From Setoptus koraiensis (Eukaryota > Animalia > Arthropoda): a DNA stretch of 64,000 nt. Numbering within the stretch: the stretch's first letter is position 1; each line of letters starts with the position of its first letter. The position numbers were made by a program, and so were the translations under genes. Shown one piece after another: positions 56,843 through 64,000 of the stretch. The stretch is taken from contig CM106585.1 in assembly GCA_048013815.1 (NCBI GenBank), forward strand, positions 9,486,001 to 9,550,000. The letters run 5' to 3'. Under the pieces are notes generated by a model that was given only the letters and a program-made list of their open reading frames with translations, searched no databases and had not been told where the DNA came from.

Positions 56843-57478
56843 CTAATAAGATCCGCTTTTATTGGTATTTTTATGCATTTGGATTGTCTGTAGTAGGGTT
56901 TGTTCGAGGCGTTCTTTAGCCATGGTGGCTAATATTAAATTTTCGCGCAACGTTAAACAATGGAATTGTAGGTCTTCAACTTTTTGGGGTAGATTTATTT
57001 CATCATCTTGTATTTCTTGGCTCTGAGTGATAAATTTACCTAATAGAAAATCGTTTTCTCTCCTTAACTCATGAATCTTTTTTGTGAAGACTTCTCGATT
57101 CTTTTGGTGGCTTTCCAATATGACAGTGTTTTCTCGAATAAAGGCATCGAATTTTCTTTTGAGCTCGTTCAATCTCGCATCGTCCTGGTCTGATTTTGCA
57201 ATGAGCTCAGCTATCTGATCGCAAGAACGTCTGGCTTCTTCGGTAAACCTTTCTTCAAGCTCACATCTTTTTTGCACTTCCCTTTCAAGTTCGTCCTCTA
57301 ATGATTTGATTCGATTCTTAAATTCTTGTTTACTTTGTTCAACTTCTGATTTTTCATTCTGGACACCTTGCAGTTGTCGTTCGTAATTCTTACACATCTC
57401 ACAAGAAGACTCAGATACCTTATCAACTTGTTTTGGTGAGACCTTAAGGGTATCTAAAGATCCTGAACGTCTATGCAT
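56843..57478 (-). CDS. Short Rabaptin (RABEP)-like coiled-coil protein
   Basis: SCEMCKNYERQLQ, RENDFLLGK and EINLPQKVEDL resemble the Rabaptin-5 segment CDMCSNYEKQLQ..KDNDSLQGK..DFILP. An in-frame acceptor lies at 57494. Confidence 0.75.
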   Translation of the reverse strand: MHRRSGSLDTLKVSPKQVDKVSESSCEMCKNYERQLQGVQNEKSEVEQSKQEFKNRIKSLEDELEREVQKRCELEERFTEEARRSCDQIAELIAKSDQDDARLNELKRKFDAFIRENTVILESHQKNREVFTKKIHELRRENDFLLGKFITQSQEIQDDEINLPQKVEDLQFHCLTLRENLILATMAKERLEQTLLQTIQMHKNTNKSGSY

Positions 57479-58159
57479 CTTACGATTTGTTATCTGGGGA
57501 TAATGTAATGTAGAATGAGTGATATCCAGAAAATCATGCTTGTGTCGTCGTAATCATCAGTCTAATATCTACAAAATTGAGTTCAGCTGACAAGGCAGAA
57601 TATTTATAGGTGCAACTATAGTCTCATAGTCACATATATGAACGCCCGATTAGATCGACAAATTTTTCGAGCTTTTGTTTTATTTGACACAAATAATACA
57701 GTCACACGGGGTGCTCCAACCAAGTGGTACTAATTGCACTGATTACTCTATAGGGCTTACATAGTGCATCTTCTCAAATGAACAGTGAAGCTTATGTGAG
57801 CACAGATTGTAGCTAAGAACGAACAGCACGGAGCGCACTCAAGACATTGTTCGCACACACAACACACACAATCAAGGGGGCCAAGCGGATCATTTAGATC
57901 CGTTGAACGTTCTGTGCTGACGCGCAGCACAGTGTACTACAAAACTTGATCATTTGTTGGGACAATCCACTGCAGTGACAATGCTATTTTGCTGCTGCCA
58001 TCAACTCACATGTATTTTGCGCATGCGTTTTAACGAATAGTTTGCAAAAATGAGAGTATCTTATGGCTTGGCTTTGTTTTTGATGACAATGGTAAAGTGG
58101 ATACACTACATCGAAATTTATCTACTAAATATTACAGTTCTGCATTTGTTGTAATGTCG

Positions 58160-61100
58160 TCATATTAATATTGGATTAATATTCAATCGGTGACTATTTT
58201 GACGTTCTTTGCTATGATTGTCTTTGGTAACAGCTTGTTTAGATGCTTCAGTTTTTGATATAACTTTAACTGATGGTCTCTTGGAGAATCCAAAACTCGG
58301 ATCATCGGTTTCATCGGCGGAGGACTTAGAGTACCTTCTTCGTATTTTGTCTAGCCGTCTCTGGTCTTGGATAACAAAGGTCTCCAATTCACCGACATCG
58401 GGCGCAGTTTGTTGCTGAGATAAAATTGTCGATGTGTTGTGTGTTAGAGGTGGAGCATTCAAGCCGTCAAGGCGCCGAATCTCATGAGCGTTCGGAAATT
58501 GAGATTTCATGTTAGGGTTGGCTGGTTGACCGTAACTTTTTATTGCCGGCTTATCGAGTGGATGCTGAATATAGTAAACAGTGTGTCCCGATCGCGTTGT
58601 AGAACTGATTTTGTCATCCCTAACTACATTTGCGTTGTATAGATGAGGTCTTGGTTTGTTGGACAACTGTGAGGTAGATTGTCCCAAATGGCTCCTTGGG
58701 TCAATTGCAGGGCTATACAACTTTTTCGCAGAGTTTTTGAGCAAAGAACAGTTTGCATCATTACAGTAGATGGTGGTTCCGATGGGAAGTCTGAGACCCC
58801 CTTGAAATGTTTGATCAGGGTTGACTGATGGTTGATTACTGGTGTAAGTAGAGGGCTGGGTAGCACAGACCTTGGAGTCCAGTTGACCGCTCGAATAATG
58901 CGCTTTTGTTATAGGAATTGATCCAGTGCCGACTACATTGCCATGTTGATCTACGAAATAGACCAACTGGCGAGCAGGAGGTGGACAAATTTCCGGCCCC
59001 ATAGATGTTGGCAAGCCGATTGTTTGGTACCTACGGGCAGCCTCACAGCAAGGTCTCGTTAATTGAGGCTGAGTGACATAAGTTTGACCTAAATTATTCG
59101 TAGGCAAGTCCTGTATCCTAGGTGGTACAATCTGCCTGGCAATTACTTGACCAGTTTTTTGTTCACTTGCAGGTAGTGAATACATAGGACAGTCGGCGGT
59201 AGCGCCCGAATTGCAAGACACTTTGCTATTTACTACTATATTTTTGTCAGCCAGAATATTCCTACACAAATGACAAGTGCTTTTCTGTTCAGCAACTCGA
59301 GGGGGAATAACAATTGGGATTTCATTTCCATTCTTTGAACAAACCGTATCGACGGTTCCTTGTGTGGGAGGACTTGATTGAGCACTTGCTTTCTGGGGAG
59401 TGATTCTAATAATTGTGGCACCGTTGCATAGACTGCTTGGATTTGAACTCGAAGTTTGTAAACATGATTGCTTCTGACATGTTGCCGAGAGATTTGCATC
59501 ATTCTTCTCACATTGTTTGCACTTATCTATGTGGATGCGCATATGCTCTGGATTGTTTGTAACCACAGCCCTTGAAACTGACACAGGTTCGACAACCGCC
59601 TGCCGTATAGTCACAGATTTGCGATCAGCCATGAAATCCGTTTCTCCCTTGGGTCTTCTGAGATCGATATCATACTTTGGTTTAGTATCAACAGGGTAAT
59701 TTTGTTGATAAGAGTTGAACTTTTGCTCTTTTTCACCGTCAAATGATTCTCCATCCTTTGATTCATCAGAACGCGGGGGATGTTTATTGCTATCAGGTCG
59801 ATCATTTTTCGAGACTTTGTCTTTACTTGGGTCTCGTTCATTCACTTTGTCATTAGTTCGATTTAGTGTAGTGGTGGCATCAAGAGAATGTGATTTGTTG
59901 AGATTTTGGTCAATATGTGTTTTGTTGAGATTTTGTTCAATTAGTGCTTTGTTGCCGACCGAACTACTAGGAGCTGCAACACTCTCTTTCTTAGATTGCG
60001 TTTTGTTTGTATTTTCAGAATGATTCACTCTTTGGCTAGCTAATAGGTTTTCTTTTGATGTTTTATCCGACTCTCTTAAACTGTGGGTGACAGCGTTGGT
60101 CTCGATTTCGGTATCCGAGACTTGCTCATGCAAACAGTTCGACTGATGAGAGTTGAAATGTATGGGAAAGTCGTCCTCTCCTAGCTCATCCACGGTCATG
60201 CTGATAGCCTGCAGAAGCGCGTCATCTTTGAGCATTCCTAGTATTTGATCATCACCCAAGCTATTGCCTCCACCCATGATGATGCTTTTAAGTCTCTGCT
60301 CTGTTTCGATCTCAAGATCGCAGCACAGCATATCATTATTATTCCTTGTGAAGACATCATCATAGTCTATGACATCTAACTCATCATCGGAACTAATTGC
60401 ATCATCATCACGATAGTCATCCGGAGGGTCGAATGGCCGCGAATCATCACTATATTCGCTAGGAGGATCGAAAGCATTTCTGCCTTCATTAGATACAAAA
60501 GTTGGGTCCAACTCTTCACAGAAAACAATCACAGTCTGATCAAATGTAACATGGCGATTGTGTTTAACTCTGGGGCCGGGTTCTTTCAGCAAAGACTTGA
60601 GATTCTTAGAGATATTTGTACATTCGTCATTCTGATTATTCTCCTTAGCATCATGTTGGTCGCCGTCAGTTGTTGAGATCAATGAAGAATTGGCAGACTC
60701 GCAAGATGGCGATGCTATTTTTTTGTTTGATTTTCCGGATGAGTTGCTAGAGGAGTTCAAGCTAAAGCCCAGTCCACTATCACTATTTGACTGATCAGAG
60801 TTTAACTCCATGTGCTTAGCATCATTGAGGCTATCATCCAGTGACTTCATTGTGGAGATGGAGTTGGTTTCAAATTTCCTATCTCCATTTGTATCCGCGG
60901 ACAAATTTTTATCACTAGAGCGAGAGTTCGCTGTCCCTTTTTCATTGATGAGAGGCTCTTTGGTATTGCAATTCGTTTGTTTATTGAAGAAAGTTTCATT
61001 ATAGTCGAGATTCGTGTAACTTCCTGGACTTGCTTCATCAGTAATAGCTAAGACACTTTTAGAGTCATTTTGACCATTAAATTCTGCTACGCTGACGACA

Positions 61101-61606
61101 GATGACTCAACATTAGATGTAGGTCGCGAATTGCGATATTTCTGAGTATCTGTTTGAACGACATTATTTATTATATCCGGAAGATCATTTTTGGATCTCG
61201 ATATTCTTTCATGACCAATGAGTTCATTGGGGGAGATATTATTAGATAATACTGCGTTGCCATTGGGCAATTCATTATCTTTGTGATGAATGTCGAGCGA
61301 ATTGAAAGGGCTGTCATCTGGGCAACTATGGTTTGGCGTAGTGTTTTGCAAGATGAAGTCACCGTCCTCTTGAATAGATATCTTCAATGATAAGGAGAGC
61401 TGATGCGCATTGGAGGTACTGATTCTCGATACGGTCTCAAAGGATTGCTCAACTGTTTGTTGACTCGACCTTGGTGAGGCTGTTTCATGATCGAGTATCT
61501 TTTGCTCATTAATAGTATTGCGGTTGAAGTGCGCCTTGTTCCTGGAAGATGACGTAGATGGTGTTATGATGAAGGTTTCATCAACGGTCGCCACACTGTG
61601 ATTCAT
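58160..61606 (-). CDS. Large low-complexity (probably disordered) protein with candidate PP1-docking motifs; family unassigned
   Basis: A 1148-codon uninterrupted ORF, S/N/D/T-rich, with KSLLK followed by RHVTF, a repeated FDPP.[ED]Y motif, and a conserved-looking C-terminal block. Confidence 0.75.
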   Translation of the reverse strand: MNHSVATVDETFIITPSTSSSRNKAHFNRNTINEQKILDHETASPRSSQQTVEQSFETVSRISTSNAHQLSLSLKISIQEDGDFILQNTTPNHSCPDDSPFNSLDIHHKDNELPNGNAVLSNNISPNELIGHERISRSKNDLPDIINNVVQTDTQKYRNSRPTSNVESSVVSVAEFNGQNDSKSVLAITDEASPGSYTNLDYNETFFNKQTNCNTKEPLINEKGTANSRSSDKNLSADTNGDRKFETNSISTMKSLDDSLNDAKHMELNSDQSNSDSGLGFSLNSSSNSSGKSNKKIASPSCESANSSLISTTDGDQHDAKENNQNDECTNISKNLKSLLKEPGPRVKHNRHVTFDQTVIVFCEELDPTFVSNEGRNAFDPPSEYSDDSRPFDPPDDYRDDDAISSDDELDVIDYDDVFTRNNNDMLCCDLEIETEQRLKSIIMGGGNSLGDDQILGMLKDDALLQAISMTVDELGEDDFPIHFNSHQSNCLHEQVSDTEIETNAVTHSLRESDKTSKENLLASQRVNHSENTNKTQSKKESVAAPSSSVGNKALIEQNLNKTHIDQNLNKSHSLDATTTLNRTNDKVNERDPSKDKVSKNDRPDSNKHPPRSDESKDGESFDGEKEQKFNSYQQNYPVDTKPKYDIDLRRPKGETDFMADRKSVTIRQAVVEPVSVSRAVVTNNPEHMRIHIDKCKQCEKNDANLSATCQKQSCLQTSSSNPSSLCNGATIIRITPQKASAQSSPPTQGTVDTVCSKNGNEIPIVIPPRVAEQKSTCHLCRNILADKNIVVNSKVSCNSGATADCPMYSLPASEQKTGQVIARQIVPPRIQDLPTNNLGQTYVTQPQLTRPCCEAARRYQTIGLPTSMGPEICPPPARQLVYFVDQHGNVVGTGSIPITKAHYSSGQLDSKVCATQPSTYTSNQPSVNPDQTFQGGLRLPIGTTIYCNDANCSLLKNSAKKLYSPAIDPRSHLGQSTSQLSNKPRPHLYNANVVRDDKISSTTRSGHTVYYIQHPLDKPAIKSYGQPANPNMKSQFPNAHEIRRLDGLNAPPLTHNTSTILSQQQTAPDVGELETFVIQDQRRLDKIRRRYSKSSADETDDPSFGFSKRPSVKVISKTEASKQAVTKDNHSKERQNSHRLNINPILI

Positions 61607-62129
61607 TGCATAGCTAGATTAAGTTGATTAGTGTTCACTTGAGCTATTGTCGTAAGCAACGCGTCCTCAGTTAGCTTGTTGACGGTATCTATCATCTACC
61701 GTATCACAACGAGCATCAATGTTTGTTGATTGCAGATAAAATGAATAGTAATGATGTATTGTTTTCATACAACGCACAATGTAGCATAATTTTGCTTAGA
61801 TTGTTGATACAAAATAAACGTTTGTCCGACTAGATAGAATTATTAGAATGTGTTATTTGTTTTTCTATCTTTCATGTATCACTTAAATAAAAAATTCCGT
61901 TTTGATTTGTTACAAGCGCTGCGTGTACATGACATAAATAATGATAACAATGATTGCTCTTGAGTTAAATTGGTGAGAGATGTCCAGTGTGATAATAGTA
62001 ATAATAATAATGATACGGATAATAGTAGTGCGCGGGTGTCCTCTCAAAATACCAACAAGGTCAATGGATGATTTGGTAACAGTAACAGGGTGGCATGGTG
62101 AATATTCTAGCAAGTGATGTTCAACAACA

Positions 62130-62345
62130 ATAGTTAAATCTATTATTAATCTAATAATATTAGATGTCTAGTAATAGTAATAGTATTGATAATAGTGATG
62201 ATAATAATACTAATAATGCTAATTATGTTAGGAGGCTGACTTTATATTGCACTTTGATGATTAATTTAATAATAGTAATTACAATTATAATAATAATAAT
62301 AATATTAATATTGATAATAATAATGGTTGTGATAATGGTGATGCA
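62130..62345. repeat. (AAT)n-rich low-complexity tract
   Basis: Degenerate ATA/AAT trinucleotide repeats. Confidence 0.85.
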
Positions 62346-62946
62346 AAATCAAAATCGCTTTGCCGCCATGTCATTTCGTTGTGTATAATTGAGTGGGGAT
62401 AAATGTTTTGGCCATTCGAATTTCGAGCAGTGCTGCAGCCAGACGCATTGGTTCCTGCTCCCACAGTGCTCTAGAAAGATACACACACGCAGACAGGCAC
62501 ACACAAATCCGAACAGAAAGGAGAAGCAATTCTTGGCTATGTTTAGGGTGAGACAATCAAGTTGTAAAATTGTTACCGCACTTGTTACCGGCAGTGGTAA
62601 TGCATTTTGGCCAAAGTACGGGCGAAACTTACGCAAGCACAGACCATGATTGAGCGCGGATGCACTCGTTCAACCAACTGCATCACGGTGCTCACGTAAC
62701 AGTCTGGCCAAGGCAGCACACCCAGATATTCGGCAAGTCTTGTGCCTCTGTGCAGCACAGTGTGCTCCGTGCTTGTACGGGTCGTGGGTAACAGCTTGTG
62801 TATGTTTATACGTGTGCTTCTTTGCGCCCATTCCATTGCATTAACCGCACGCGAAGGTGTATTCGCCAACGCTATTACGTTAGTACAGACTGCAGATGTT
62901 ATTGTGAATGCGGGAGAATGCTTACGCACTAGACTCGGGTGTGTTG

Positions 62947-62982
62947 GTGTGTGTGTGTGCGTGTGCGTGTGTGTGTGTGTGT
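62947..62982. repeat. Imperfect (TG)n microsatellite
   Basis: Read directly. Confidence 0.95.
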
Positions 62983-63309
62983 CCTGTTAACAAGACTATA
63001 GACTTTAGTGAGAGACTAGTGCTTCAGTCGTGAACAGTCTAGCCATCCGTAGTATACCGCCCTTGAGTTGTACTAAAGTTTTGTCCATTTCGAAAGTTTC
63101 GTTTTTCTATATTTGATATAGTATACTACTGATACACAGATAAGATATGGTGAATTAATAGATTGGTGCAATTAATTGTTTGCGAATATCGATTTACTAT
63201 TGACGATGTGTATAAATAAGCCGCTCAACTCTCCAGAGCACACTACTCTCGTTTTGTCTTTCACACAAATCCATCATATTAGTCCATCTCGCACAATCTT
63301 TCTATCAAA

Positions 63310-64000
63310 ATGAATTTCTTCAAGACATCAAAGAAAACAACCATGAACAACAATAATGAGTGCGACTTACCTGGCGTGACCGACATCAGGAAAGTACTCT
63401 TTGAAAAAGTTTCCCCCAGCGATTTTAACGAAATCGACATCATGCGCCTCCAAAAGGAAGACTACGCTATTACGAGGTATATCAAGAGCGACACAGATGC
63501 CACAATTAAAACCATTCAAGAAGTACTCAAATGGCGCAAGGGTTACAATTTATCCGAATTGAAAGAAGAGGACTTCCCCAAAGAATTCAGAGAGTCTGAA
63601 GTGTTCACTATTCATGGACACGATGTCGACAACAACAAGATGGTTTATATCAGGGTGAAATTGTTCAAGAAAGGCGAACATCCCATTGACGAAGTCAAAA
63701 AGTACTTGGCATTCCTACTAGATAAGGTAGATCGCGAGACTCGAGGCGACGGTTGGGCGCTATGTTTCGATTGTGCCGACGCTGGCTTATCAAACGTAGA
63801 CATGGAATTGTTGAAATTTGTCGTACAAGCGCTAACAAACTATTTCGTAGACAATTGCCGCTATGTGCTAGTATTTGAGATGCCCTGGATATTGTCGTCC
63901 ATCTGGAAGATAGTCAAATCTTGGCTGCCACAAGAACAGCGAGACGCTGTCAAGTTTGCCAGCAAGAAAGACATGGCCTCATACGTAGCCGGGGACCAGG
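63310..64000 (+). CDS. CRAL-TRIO (Sec14-like) protein, MOSPD2-like; runs off the window end (not in the ORF track)
   Basis: Open frame from ATG 63310 to the end: LKWRKGY, GHDVDNNKMVYIRVK, FDCADAGLSNVDMELLKF, VFEMPWILSSIWKIVKSWLP. Confidence 0.88.
   Translation, partial: MNFFKTSKKTTMNNNNECDLPGVTDIRKVLFEKVSPSDFNEIDIMRLQKEDYAITRYIKSDTDATIKTIQEVLKWRKGYNLSELKEEDFPKEFRESEVFTIHGHDVDNNKMVYIRVKLFKKGEHPIDEVKKYLAFLLDKVDRETRGDGWALCFDCADAGLSNVDMELLKFVVQALTNYFVDNCRYVLVFEMPWILSSIWKIVKSWLPQEQRDAVKFASKKDMASYVAGDQ

Noticed and set aside
57494-58160. Splicing the 1148-aa ORF onto the Rabaptin-like exon to make one gene
   Set aside because: No credible donor near the end of the large ORF (only GTCACC), and the large ORF shows no Rabaptin-type coiled coil.
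62992-63006. AAGACTATAGACTTT resembles the U3 snoRNA 5-prime end
   Set aside because: Box A and the later boxes are absent.
63365-63377. ACTTACCTGGCGT resembles the U1 snRNA 5-prime end
   Set aside because: Only 13 nt, inside the open CRAL-TRIO frame (CDLPGV), with no downstream U1 stem-loops or Sm site.

Overview
Eukaryotic, AT-rich, very gene-dense animal DNA. It looks like an arthropod, most plausibly a small-genome acariform mite such as an eriophyoid; this is inferred from protein families and gene architecture, not from a database search. I can support about 27 protein-coding loci in 64 kb. I traced 26 introns by hand, all GT-AG and 83-160 nt, and many genes that are intron-rich in other animals are intronless here (ABCA, KMO, two Smads, PDSS2, MPPE1). 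Most genes are housekeeping: LPP/PAP2, FCHo muHD, ERCC8-like, an SDR, PTH2, MPPE1, SPCA, KMO, ALG3, PDSS2, LSm3, MPP-beta, LYRM4, TspanC8, NDUFAF5, TMEM161, UROS and a CRAL-TRIO protein. The standouts are: (1) an F-box/LRR protein fused to a catalytically degenerate UPF1-like helicase domain, downstream of a GC-rich repeat/hairpin island; (2) an ABCA transporter lacking both large extracellular domains, with an H-to-Q switch change in NBD1; (3) a Spo12-motif microprotein; (4) two diverged Mad/Smad paralogues with altered L3 loops, C-terminal tails and PY motif; (5) a roughly 600-bp collinear ghost of a 9.5-kb segment (ABCA-TMEM161-UROS) plus a recent deleted ALG3 copy; (6) pared-down FCHo and Rabaptin; (7) a spliced acidic secreted prepropeptide missed by the ORF track; and (8) a frameshifted SDR. 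No rRNA, tRNA, CRISPR array or autonomous transposon is supported.
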